A stretch of 64,000 bases of DNA, taken from assembly GCF_009914755.1 (NCBI RefSeq), contig NC_060945.1; one strand, 5' to 3'. The notes beneath the pieces are model-generated. The model was not told the origin of the DNA. It searched no databases and saw only the letters and a program-made list of their open reading frames with translations. The position numbers and the translations under genes are program-made. Below, piece by piece: positions 12,600 to 25,095 of this stretch. The DNA comes from the human T2T-CHM13v2.0 reference genome, Homo sapiens. Each line of letters opens with the position of its first letter. Within the stretch, counting starts at the first letter, position 1.

Positions 12600-14362
12600 A
12601 GCCTGTCTACTCAGGGTTTACCCCTTTATCAGTAAAATTTATTTATTATTTAAAGATTGTGCTGTATTCCTCTTAGCTAGTTAGATTCGAACCCTTTATT
12701 GCCAACTATGAATGTGGCTTGGATACTGCTATCATTATTTAGGGAATTTACTTCTTTTTTGGTCTTAGCCAAGTACTAGTACTTTGGAGGTTCCCCCTCT
12801 GATTGCTTCATAAACCTTGCAGCTTTGAACAGGCACACAGCGTCCACAGCCATGGATGTGGGTGGTTTTATTTTTGATCTTTTGTAGTTATTTAGATCTT
12901 TTGATCTGAGTAGCTTATTGTTCAATCATCCTTTGGTCAGAAGTCGTGTTTAAGCTCCTTGTGTCGGTGAGCCTCCCCCTGTATTGATGGGTCATTGTGC
13001 AACATGAAGAATGCTTTAAATCCTTCCCTTTTCCCACTTTGATCACTTCCGCGTGGGTGCAAACCAGCGCATGCGCACAGCCTTCTCGATGCTCAGGGTT
13101 GCCTCTGATCTCAGGACAGCTCTTCTTAGCTGTCCTTTCCCCTGATTTTCTCTTTTAAACTTCTGGCTGTTCTCCTGTCTTACTAGTATCACTGAAATGC
13201 CACTTTACTCTTAATTGCTTTCCACCAAGATCTTTATTACTTTTGACAATGCCTTTAGATGAAGTTCTTCATTCTCTGTTCTAAATAAAGTCAGTCCCCT
13301 CAAACAAAGCTGAGGAGCTCATTATCCTTAAGTCCTGACCTCTCTCTCGTCAGAACTTACATGGTACTGCACCCGAGCTGAGGGTAGACACCCGCCTTTT
13401 CCAGAGTCACATCCCTACTCCAGTAGAGGGCAGTGTTTGCGTTAGGTTTGAATGTTTGAATGAAGAATGTTCCTCTCCAAAATTCATGATGAAACTTAAT
13501 CCCCAATGCAACAGTGTTAAGAGGTAGAACCGTTAGGAGGGGATGAAGCCATGATGGCTCCATCGTCATGAATGGACTGGGGCTTTATAAAAGGGCTCGA
13601 GGGGACAAGTTTCTCTCTTCCCTCCCTTCTGCCACGTGGGGGCACAGTGTTTGTCCCTTGGGAGGGTGCAATGTTCAAAGCATCATCTTGGAAGCAGAGA
13701 GCAGCCCTCACCGGACACCAAAACTGCTGGCACTCTGATATTGGACTTCCCAGCCTCAAGACAAGTGAAAAATAAATTTCTGTTGTTTATAAATGACTCA
13801 GTCTTACGTACTTTGTTATAGCAGCACAAACAAATTAGACCGAAACTGTGCCTGTGTTTGTGGGAAGTAGCAGACCCTGGTCTTCTTGGCTTGCCCCTCA
13901 TGATGTGAAATTGAAGTCCTTTGAAAAAGATGGGGTGGGGTGATTAGGGCCCCAGTATTCTCAGCTTGCCACACCTGGGGCCACCTTTGGCTCCGAAAGT
14001 GGGAGCTGGATGGAAAAAGGCATAGCTGGTGCTCTATACCACACCTGCCTAGAATGGAGCTTCTGCAATGTGCGGTTGGTAGTAGAGGGTAAGAAAAGCA
14101 GGCAACCTGCCCCTCCAGGGATGAAACATGAAGCTGAGGGGAGAGGGCAGTGCAGTAACTCAGTGGGTTATGACTCAAATGCCCCACCTGGCTGCTGCTC
14201 TTACTGAGATTTAGTAGCTTTTCTTGATTGAATGTTTTACCATTTGCTATATGCCCTTTGGACAATTTCCAGACTTTAAATGATTGTGTTTTAAAATGTT
14301 CACCAGTTAAAAGGCTGGAAAAAAGGGCCACTGTTCTCCTTATTCAACCATTCTATAAGTCC
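12600..14362 (-). mobile_element. Old L1M 5'UTR-like region, interrupted by MST
   Basis: Ends ttactgagatttagtag...gccctttggacaatttccaga...ccattctataagtcc, resembling the antisense 5' terminus of L1M4-type elements. Confidence 0.55.
13438..13846 (+). mobile_element. MSTD-like MaLR solo LTR
   Basis: ccaaaattcatgatgaaacttaatccccaatgcaacagtgttaagagg...ttggacttcccagcctc...aataaatttctgttgtttataaa...ttgttatagcagcacaaac. Confidence 0.88.
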
Positions 14363-15530
14363 TGCCTACACTACTCTTTTAATATTTTTGAAATCTTGGT
14401 TATTACAAAATATAGCAAAACTTTGTCTTCAATGTTCCACATACTGATTCAGAAATACAGCGCTCTTAGAAATCAAATATAAACCTACAAATATTAATAA
14501 AAGGATAGATCTTAATATTAAAGAATCTAGTATTTTCTTAAATTAGTTATGTGCTGTATTTGGCTATAGTTAAATGTTTAGTTTATTTACGCAGCCTAAT
14601 TTTATTCACTAATACACCTATTTAGTGGCAATTACCAAGGACTCTAGAAACAAATTTCTGTGTGTACGCAGGATAAAAGTTTGGTCCCGAGTCAAGAGAT
14701 TGCTTTATAATTGATAGATTGCTAATGTTAATTTAAAATAAATGCCACCCAATTTACTTGATAATAGTACTTATGTAGCAATATTCATTTCTTGCGATTA
14801 TGTATTTAAAATATATTGTCCATCAAGTATTATCTATTAAAAATATTATCTTCTACAGAATTGCTTTATTAATTTCTTTTACATTTTTTATGCTTAGCCA
14901 AGTTTATTTTATGAACATTACTTTTGTTATCAGTTCTTATCGATTTAATATATCAGCCACATTAATAACAGAGTAGCCTAGGCAAAATCCTCCAAAACAA
15001 TTCTATCATCTTCCTCTTTATTGTATATCATATTTCTTAAACCTAACAATATAATTTTGTTTCAAAGTTTGTAGAGAATGGACTTCAATCTCTCTCTGAG
15101 ATAAAATTATTATCTCGAAAGCTCAGGTGAGATAAAGATGAAATGAGTACAGGCAAACCTAGAAGGAAATATAAAAAGCAAGAGTTGTAAAAAAAAAGTT
15201 TCAGAACACATTTCTTAGATTTTTATTAGGAGCTTTTTTTATCTCTTATCTTCATATTAGAAGCATTAATACTTATGAGTTTGTTACCACATGAAATTTT
15301 GCAGTTAGAGACATAATTATATACACATATACACATATGTACATATGAACTATACACTGAAAGGGTTTCCCTGAGTAATGTAAATTGACATATAATTAAT
15401 GTCTAACTCTATTGAAATTCATAGGATAACACTTATTTTTCATGCATCTTTTATTCACTATTACCTAGAAAATAGACTGTAGCAAAAGCAAATCAAAACC
15501 TCGGTTTGGAAACATAGATCAACAAAATAT

Positions 15531-15901
15531 AAACTTGCCTATATGGGCTACTGCAGTGACTTCAGCTTGTATGAAAATTCTTGTGAAGACCCACTAAAAG
15601 GTATTATTCTGGTAGCTTTCCATTTTATTTATTTGTTTTATTTGTGTATGCACACGTGTACTCCTGTGTATCTATATCTAAATTTCTATCTGCAAATTTT
15701 GCTAATATATGATTCTGTAGTGAATTCAGCTTCTATAAAAGTTCTTGTGAGGACCCACTACAAGATACTATCCTGGTAGCTTTCAGTGATGTGTGTGTAT
15801 TCTTATCTGCAAAATTTGCCTATATATAATACTACAGCAGCTTCAGCCTTTACAAAATGTCTTATGAGGATGCCCTGTAATATATTATCCAAGGAGCTTG
15901 A
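15531..15901. repeat. Degenerate direct triplication of a ~95-100 bp unit
   Basis: ttcagc anchors at 15561, 15725 and 15842, each followed by aaa.ttctt.tga.gac/t.cc.ct...at.ttatcc/tctggtagctt. Confidence 0.85.
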
Positions 15902-15940
15902 ATGTGATTTACGTTGAGCTAGTATTTATCTTTAGCCTTT

Positions 15941-16433
15941 CTGTCAGTTAAATTTCCTACGTAACAACTCCAGAATTTTGTGTCTTTTAATGACAGCCAG
16001 TGATTCAGCCCATGATTCCGCAGACTGGCAGTTTTAATTGGGCTCAGTTGTTGGTTCTTTTGGCTTCTTTGTCTGTGGTAAGCTATATGATTGGTGGCCA
16101 AGGCAAGCTGGATTATGAAGGCCTTGTCTGAGAATGCTATTGACTAGGCCCCTCTCCAGGTAATGGCTTATCATCAGGCAGGCTAGCATGCATCTATTCA
16201 CATGATTACAGGGTTACAAATGCAATAAGAGAGTGAACATTAAGGTGTCAGCACTTCTCAAGCCTCTAGCTGTGCTACATTTGCTACTTTTCAATTGTGC
16301 AAGATAAATCACATGGTCACACTGAAAGTCAGTGGGAAAACAGACTGCACCCTTGATGACAGAAGCTGCAAGTTGCAATGCAAGGAAAATGAGTAGAGCA
16401 GGGAAACTTTGAGGCTGTGTTTGCAATCTACTA
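15941..16433 (-). mobile_element. MLT1H-like MaLR LTR
   Basis: catgattccgcagactggcagttttaattgggctcag...aaatcacatggtcacact...gaagctgcaagttgcaatgcaagg...tttgcaatctact. Confidence 0.7.
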
Positions 16434-16864
16434 ACCTTTGGACCTGTTGATTACATTTCATCTGAATAATACGGCAATTGAGTTTTTAGCTTATTGTTTA
16501 AACAGCAAAAACGACATCCTAATTGTATTGTTCTGAGTGGTAATTTTAAAACAATTTATTTCTTCAAGGATTAGTTTCTCTGGCTGTGGTGGTTGTTTTC
16601 TCCACTATTCTGAAATTAAGACCTTGAACCTTGAAAACAAACAAATTGAGCTTCAGAATAGTATAAAGTGCACTGTGGATAAGTTTCTTGTTTTTTTTTA
16701 TTCTTTAATTATTTTTCTAGAGTCATGTTTTTTTCCTTTGAGATTAAAATAATTTAACTCAAATTCTAATATAATTGAAATAGGACATGATCACGTTAAT
16801 TTTCTCTTTCAAATATTTCTACTTAAAAATTAGTTGTATTAAAACAACCAGATGGATAGATATA

Positions 16865-17018
16865 GCTATGTGTGATATGTATATGTATGTATATAAAATA
16901 TATGTGTGCATCTATATATCATATATTTTATATATGTACATGTATAATTTATATGGATTTATAATATACAGTCATATATAAATATATACATCATGCATTT
17001 ATACCATATATACATGTA
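16865..17018. repeat. (TA)/(TATG) low-complexity tract
   Basis: Direct reading. Confidence 0.8.
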
Positions 17019-18529
17019 TGGGGCAAAATTAATGTTACTATGTGTTTGAATTATCCTAAAAATATAATAAAAGTTTAAGTCGATTATAAAAAATGTGACA
17101 GTGTAAAAAATCAAATCTTCCAAATATTATAAAACATTATATTTTGGCTTATTTTATTTTTTTCCAGATAAAAATCTAGATGTCTTTAGATTTTATTTTT
17201 GGCACAGCATTTATTGCACCAGGAAAAATACATGTTAAGTTACTTAAAATAATTTTTATTAAATTGTTTAAAATAATTGTGCTTTATTTTTACTAATAGC
17301 ACCATTTTCTTCCCTCCATTGAATTTCAGCTCTCAAAACATAAAATTTACTAATTATAAATTTTTAATGCAGAGATTCTCAAACATGGAATTGGGAAAAA
17401 TTTCAGTGCTGTATTTAGTTGTGAATTATGTAGCAAATAATTTGTGCTGACATTTGAGATATATATATATGTATATATATAAAACTTCAAAACTTTAAAA
17501 AATATATATATGTATAATAAAGTTATATCTGTATATAATTTAGAGCAAAGGCAGTATTTTCTAGATAATAATGTCATTTTTACTTCTTGTCAGCCATATT
17601 TTTTTTGGAATAAACTAGAATGAGGCAGCACCTGGTCCCAGGGAAATGCATGGGAATGTTGTATAGGAGAATGTTACTCTTCCTGTCTTTTATGATGATG
17701 AGAAAAACAAAGTAGAGAAAAGCTACTTTAATCCACATGATATATAAATTGAAATCTTAAGGAAACATAGCATCAAAGAATGTGTCATTACACTATTCAC
17801 AATAAAAAATGACAGCAGTTGAATTTGTCTATGAGTATCTCCACATATATTGCCCCACATATATTGTGGGACATAAATTTGCTGTTGCAAGGAGCAGGTG
17901 TCTAGAATTATCTCATTATTCTAAGAACCAAAGAAGGTTATGGAGACAGCACTAAGTAATCTTTAAAGAAAGCTCATAAATAGCTAACAGATAATGCTTC
18001 CATCCCCCATTTCCACCAGGATTAGTCTAATAGTAGCTGAAACTATTCAACAAGCCATGGCCTCATCAAAGACAACCTGAGATCCTTTCAAAAAATCCCA
18101 TCTCTGATACTGTGATAATGCTTTTCCTTCCAAAATACTTCCACTTGTTCTTATCCCTGACACTTCCTTCCTCACATTGTTTTACACCATGAATACCGCG
18201 GAAAAAAGGAATATAAGCAGCAAAATTTGCTATGGACTTTCAATTTAACCACAAATCTCTGCATCCTAACCCCCTACATTTTTTAAGGTCAGTCTTCCTC
18301 TTTTCAACATATATAATAGAAAATGTTAAAATGCACATTTCCAAAGAATAGTATACATAATATTTATCTATTTTCCAAAATAAAATCTTAATTCAGCTTC
18401 TCATACACAACAACATCAGTCAGAATTCCATTCTTGCTCTTCTTGTTGAGGTTGAGGGGTTTTCTTGATTATTTTCGTTGCTGATGCTTCTTTGATAAAA
18501 ACACCTATTTTATTTTTTGCCTTACTGCT

Positions 18530-19470
18530 TTTAAAATTATTATTTTAAAAAACATAGTAATTTAAAATAGTAATTTTTAGTATTTTAAATACTAAATAGT
18601 ATTTAGTAAAATAGTAAAAAATAGTAATTATTTAAAATACATAGTAATTTTATGTATTTATAGGACACAGTATGATATTTCAATACAATATATAATGTAT
18701 ACAATGTGTAATAATCAAATTAGAGTAATTAGCATATCCATCACCTCAAACGTACTATTTCTTTGTGCTGGGAACATTCAAAATCCTGTCTTCTAGCAAT
18801 CAGGAAATATGTAAAGTAAATGGTTGTTAACTATAGCCACCCTACAGTGTATAGAACACTAGAACTTATTCCTCCTATCTAGTTATAATTTCATATCTGT
18901 TAAACAACTTTTCACTATCTCCCCCAAACCTCTACCTTTCTCAGCCTCTAGTAACCACTATTCTACCTACTACTTCTATGAAATAAACTATTTTAGCTTT
19001 CCCATATGAATGAGAACACATATTTATCTTGCTGAGCCCGGTTATTTTACTTAATGTCCTGCAGTTCCATCCATGTTGCTATTAATGACAGGATTTCATC
19101 CTTTTGTGGCTGAATAGTATTCCAATATGTGTATAGCACATTTTCTTTATCCAAGCATCCTCTGATGGACACAGGTTTATTACATGTCTTGGCTACTATG
19201 AATAGTGCTGCAGTAAACACAGAAATGCAGATATCTCTTCAATATATTTATATCCTTTCCTTTGGATATATAGTTCTGTTTTTAGTTTTCTGAGGAACAT
19301 CCACACTGTTTTTTATAATGGCTTACTAATTTATATTTCCACCAACAGTGTATAAAAGTGTCCCTTTCTCTGCATCCTTGGCAGCAATTGTATAATAAAT
19401 TATGTCTTTTTGATAATTGCCATACTAAACGGGGTGAGAAGATATCTCAGTTGGTTTTGGTTTGCATTTC
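18530..19470 (-). mobile_element. L1MA4/5-like LINE 3' segment
   Basis: taattagcatatccatcacctcaaac...agaacactagaacttattcctcctatcta 3'UTR; ends ggttttggtttgcatttc. Confidence 0.88.
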
Positions 19471-20274
19471 CAATGACATTCTTTACATAAATCTAAAAAA
19501 CAATTCTAAAATTTGTATAGAACCACACACACAGAAAAAAAAAAAAAAACCAAAGAGCCAAATAACAATCCTGAGCAAAAAGAGGAAAGCTGGAGGCATC
19601 ACACTGTCTGACTTCAAAATACACTACACACCTATAGTAACCAAGATAGCATGCTACTGGCATAAAAACAGACACATACACCAATGGGACTGGATAGAGA
19701 ACCCAGAAAGAAATCCATGTATTTACAGCCAATTGATTGTCAACAAAATGTCCAAGAACATACATTGGAGAGAGGGCACCCTCTTCAATAAATGCTGTGG
19801 GGAAAACTGGATATCCATGTGCAGACAAATGAACCTAGACCCCTATCTCTCACCATATACAAAAAAAATCAACAAAAATAGATTAAAGACATAAATGTAA
19901 AATCAGAAAGTATGAAAATATTAGAAGAAAACAGGGGAAAGATTTCAGAGATTGTTTTGCAGGAAGATTTTATGATGAAGACCTCAGAAGTACAAGCAAC
20001 ACAAGCAAAAAGAGAAAAATGGGATTATTTAAACCCAAAAAACTTCTATATAGAGAAAAAACAATCAATAGAGTGAAGAGACAACCTGCAGAGTTAAAAA
20101 AAATTTGCAAATTATTTATTCAACAAGATATTAATATCCAGAATATACAAAGAACTCGACTTGATGGCCAAAAAGTAATAATCTGATTTGAAAATGGGTA
20201 AAGGATCAAAATAGCCATTTCTCAAAAGAAGTCATACAAATTGTCAAGTATATGAAAAAATGGTTAACATCATT
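19471..20274 (+). mobile_element. Inverted 5' segment of the same L1MA (ORF2 remnant)
   Basis: caatgacattctt...aaagctggaggcatcacact; peptide ILSKKRKAGGITLSDFKIHY...YWHKNRHIHQW is L1 ORF2 C-terminal; ends tggttaacatca. Confidence 0.9.
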
Positions 20275-20444
20275 CTTTTAATTTCTGACAAACATAAAGT
20301 AAATGCCAAATTTTTTTATCTTAAGATTGTTGTTAGTATAAAATGTGATAATGTAAATATCAGACATAGACTCTATTTCTAAATCACTAGATTTTTGGAA
20401 CAAACTCTTCACCATTAAACTGATTATGAGGAGTTATAATGTAT

Positions 20445-20660
20445 AAGTAAGAGCATTTTTATAAGGTTAAGTAGGCTTAATTTCTGCCTCTGATCCTTAA
20501 ATGATGTGTTAACTTACATAAGTCACTTAACCTGTCTATATCTGTTTCTTTAGATGAAAAATAAACAAATAATATATAAAAAGAACTATTTTGATAACTA
20601 AACAAGTAAACAAGTGAAAAAAATTGTAACTGCATTAGCTCATGTTCACTATTTAATAAA
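20445..20660 (+). mobile_element. MIR SINE
   Basis: aagtcacttaacctgtctatatctgtttctt core. Confidence 0.6.
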
Positions 20661-22397
20661 ATTTAGTGTGCATGAGTGTTTGTACATGCATATGTAAGTT
20701 AATAGCATATTGTAAACATTTAATTGAGCCAGAAAATATCAGCATATGCTATAGGATATTTATATTTGTATTGTATTTGTTGTATAAAGATTTCATTTCA
20801 GATTTCATATATACAAATATAAATCCGACATTTTGGCCCCAAACTGACTCAATACTTATTTTCCATTTAAATTATTCCAATTACAAATTCAGTACAGCTA
20901 AATCAATACTCAGCTCTCAGGAATTTGTAGGCCACACATTCAAACAGAAAGAAGGCATTGTACCTTATGTTTATTTCAGAAAAACAAACAGCTCTAGTTA
21001 CTTCAAGAGAAATTAAGTTATTATAGTTGGAACTTAACGTTATACAACCAAAAAGCGGACTGGAGAAGGAGTAGTTGAAGAAATATTTTTGGCTTTCAGG
21101 AAAGCTGGAAGAAAACGGCTCTGATAACCCTTGAGGACAATCTTCATGCAGGCAAAGTGGTTGATTCTCAGGAGAACAAGCAGAAGCTTCTGGAAAATGC
21201 CCATGACTCTCCGCTAATGCTTGCTCAGCGTTTGGGCAAGTCGACTTTATACCTAGAGCTCATTCGCTTCAGAACCAGTGTCTCTAAATTTTTTATCACT
21301 AAATATTAAGGGACATGGACAATATTTTTTTAAAACCTGCCCTGTAACCCTAAGATTTTATAACTTTGTAAAATTTTGTACTTTATTGCCATTAAAGATC
21401 AAAATGTATGGAAATAGCATGAGTTACAAAGATGCCTCAGCATGCCTGTTACATTGCTGCAGTGTCATTTTCCAAAAATATTCTATTTAAACTCAAGAAA
21501 ATCGCCACTGTTTCTTTCTAACACCTGTCAGCAACTGCTCATAGCTCACTGATGTAGCTGTTTTTGCATTCTGACACGTGAGGTCTACTCACATTTTGTA
21601 AGACATGTCACTGTCAAAAGCTAAAAATAAAAAGGCAAATGTGACAGCCCTGGTGCCGCCATGCCTAAGAGCCACAGGTAATTGTGATCAAGAGGGGTAT
21701 TTTTAAATGTTGCAAAAATATCAAACTTCTATTTCTTCCTTTTAATTTTTTTGTGATTTTTATTGAATTTCATCTTTTACTATTAGCCAAAAATTGTTCT
21801 ATGATTGTAACCAGTGAAAACTACACAAGATTATTTTTCTCAAGAAAAAAGACTGATATAGTTTTGAAATCTTTTGTTGAGAAAGCTGCACTAAATTGAA
21901 ATCACTTGGCTTAGCTACTTCTGAGGAAAGGCCAGACAGCAACTGTAATGGAGGCTATAAAAATGCATAGGAAGCCAAGTAATTCACAAGTGATTAATGA
22001 TAATGGTAATACAGAAAAGACCTTTGGTAATAAATACATAATTGAGTTTAGAAAATACAACAAAGAGTAATTAGATTAAACTGAGTTGTAAACAATGAGC
22101 ATGTAAAAAAGATACCAAAAATAACAGATTTTGATATTATGTTTGTGATCGTATTACCGAAAGCATAAATTGTTGCATAAATGGAAGGACTGGTATGATT
22201 TAAGTACTTTTGAAGCAGAAAACTCATTTAGTTATTTTACGAGATAAAGACACTCATTGTAAATCATTCCTACATTTGTATGAGGGCAAAATAAATTGCC
22301 TTGATAAAATCAAACTGATTTAAAGTACAATTCTTTAATAGCACTGGATGAATTTAAAGTGTCTTATATCTTCGATCAAGTCTAAACCAAATTTCTC

Positions 22398-22450
22398 TCA
22401 CACACGGAAGTGCACACTAACACTCTCACACACACACATACACACACACT
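22398..22450. repeat. Imperfect (CA)n microsatellite
   Basis: Direct reading. Confidence 0.8.
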
Positions 22451-22759
22451 CTGATACAAGTATACTCATAAAAGTAAACCTGATGATCTCTCCTCAAAGA
22501 CAAATACACGCCCTACTTTCATAAATAATTATTTTGCTTTAGGCAGTTATAACTTGAATCCAATTTTTAGTTTCACATTAATGTGAAATGTCTTACAATA
22601 ACAACCAGAAAAAATAGGTCTGTTACAATTGTAATAAAGATCTAAAAGAAGTCTAAATTTTACACCTATAATTTGATGAGAATTAAAATAATAAAAAATA
22701 TGTTTCATATGGAAAGAGATATTATAGTTTCTAAAGTGAATTCCAGCTCATTTTTGAAC

Positions 22760-22895
22760 TCTCAATACTTTTGTGAGATATACAGTCCAGTAACTGTTAT
22801 TGTAGGGAAAATAAAGCTCAGAGGCATAATTGATTTGCTAAAAGTCACAAAACTAGCAAATGACAAAAACAAGCCACTAAATCTGCTCTGAAGGC
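22760..22895 (-). mobile_element. MIR fragment
   Basis: gggaaaataaagctcagaggcataattgatttgctaaaagtcacaaaactagcaaatgac. Confidence 0.65.
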
Positions 22896-23280
22896 TCTAG
22901 TCGAGGACAAATAGTCTTTCCCCTATTTCAGGATCCTTCTTGAAAAATTCAAGCTAAAATGGAAGCAAAGAAAATAAACATACTGTATTATATAGAAAGA
23001 AGGATAATTGATATTTTATAATTTTTAACATAGCCCATTTTGTCCTATTAACCACATACTGCAACACATATGTTGTAGCTAAAGAGTTGAAGCCATGTCA
23101 CATTGTTATAATGTGCATTTATTTTGTCATTCTTCTGCAGTCCTGTTCCTGGATCAAGGTTAAGACTTTGAGTTGCTGGTCAAATTTTCAAGTATTTTTA
23201 TTTTTTATGATATCTAATAATATACATGGAATATTTCTCAGAATTCATCTTGGTAGATTTATCTGTAATTTCATTTAACA

Positions 23281-23722
23281 TGGGGGTCTGTTTGCCTCCT
23301 TATTTATTCCTTGTCCTTCCTCATCTCTGCTAGGTGTCTCAGGGGCCTGAACACTAGAGTTTTTCTGTATCCATCTCCCGTGTCACCTTACTTTTCTCTG
23401 GGTTATGCCTATGGCAAGCACTGACTAGGGATTGGCGAACAGGTGATTCCAAGAAGTCCGGTTACTTCTTCCCCTCCTGTTCTGTCCTAGGAGGCATGTC
23501 TGGCAGACAAAGTCTCTGACTCCAGCCTCTACCTGGTGATCCTGGGCTCCAGGCCCTAGTACGTCCTTGCAGTTTATGGAAGTGGAAACTTCTAGCAGTT
23601 GCTAATTCCTGGGTTGCGTTACCTTCCTTTATTTGTCAGCTCAGCCATCTTTATAGTTTAACTAATACCTTGCTTTACATATCCTTCATGTTAGACACAG
23701 ACATTCTGTTTGTGACTAATAC
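23281..23722 (+). mobile_element. LTR33-like ERVL LTR
   Basis: gggttatgcctatggcaagcactgactagggattgg...gttgctaattcctgggttgcgttacc...tgactaatac. Confidence 0.6.
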
Positions 23723-24965
23723 TACCCAAAATAACATAATTGTCGTTTATTAAATGAGCCAGTTTTGGTCATCAGAGTGGAGAGCTGGTTTGTATATATT
23801 GCATTAATCAAAATGATGTAAAAATAAGGATCATAATATTATGATACAATAAAATAATAGCATATATAGAATATCTTTAACTGATACCACTCTGCAGCTC
23901 TTTTTCAATTGATGTAATTTCTACTGTAGACATAAAGGATAAGTTAAATTTTAAAATAGCACGATTTACAGAAATTCCTTTTTTGACAAATGCACACTGT
24001 ACTATGGTTTTCAAAATGCACCTTTTAATAATTTTTTTATTGCAGTTACCTAAAGAAAATAAATTTCATTATATAAATTATTAGAAATCAAACAGCCCCC
24101 CATATTCAATAGTATTTCTATGTGATATGAAATTAATAAAAGTGTTCAACTTTTAAGTTGTTTAATATTGCTATGCTCTGGAAGAGTCTTGTAAGCTAAA
24201 AAATGCACACATTTGTGTAGCATAGACAAAAATTTAAGTGTGCTCTCAGGCTGAATATATATTACAGAACTTAGTTCACCAGAGATACATTGCATTGTGG
24301 TTCTGCTATATTTGGATGGGTGCATCTCTTCATTTACAGCCAATAGGGAAGTAAAAGCTCACTGCTGCTACACAATGAGGTAATAAACAGCATAAATAGT
24401 CCATATAACTTCTAGTTATGCATCATCTATCCAATAACAATCCACATAATACATGAAAAAGTAATATTACTCTTTTTGAAATAAATGTTTATACAGAGAC
24501 AATTATTTTTTTCCTTTCATGTATTGGGTGAGGTTTTAATGTCTTTATATCTCAAATTTACTTGTTTTAATATTCAATAATAATACCCTCCCTTGATTTC
24601 AGCTTACACAAATATTCTTTCTGAATCTCTATTACTCTTCTTTGTCAATTCCATGCCTTTGTTTAGTTGCTGTTTATTTTACTCTTTTGTTCTCTTCTGA
24701 TTTAGACTAATTATATCATTTTTAGCCTTTTTATTTTTGACATTCATTTTCTAACATTGGAAACTGTGCTCATCATGTTATGCCTTAAACAAGCTTGTGT
24801 TTAGATTTCTCCTTTGTAAGAAATTACACATTAGTTCTACCAAAATACTGGTAACATTTTTACATTTTTTTCCTTGATTCCTTCCACTTTTCTCCCAAAA
24901 GTGGGTAGCTAAAAAGTATTCTTCCCCATAAAGACTCCTACACCCATCTTTTCTTCCCCCGTCCC

Positions 24966-25095
24966 TTTTTTTAAAGTAAAGATGAGGTGTCACTATGTTG
25001 TCCAGGCTGGTCTAGAACTCTTGGGTCTAAATGATCCTCCCATCTTGGCCTCCCAAAATTGCTGGGATTACAGGCTTGAGCCATCACACCTGGCC
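24966..25095 (-). mobile_element. FLAM_C free left Alu monomer
   Basis: cactatgttgtccaggctggtctagaactc...gggattacaggcttgagcc; TSD-like cacccatcttttctt (24941) / cacacatcttgtctt (25096). Confidence 0.85.

Noticed and set aside
13816-14331. 171-aa minus-strand ORF
   Set aside because: Lies in old L1 5'UTR-like and MST sequence; no recognisable domain
15531-15901. Possible CRISPR-like repeat-spacer array
   Set aside because: Eukaryotic context, long degenerate units, irregular spacing and no cas genes
19358-19894. Longest ORF (178 aa)
   Set aside because: Chimeric frame across the L1 inversion junction with a non-ATG start; the C-terminal part is an L1 ORF2 remnant
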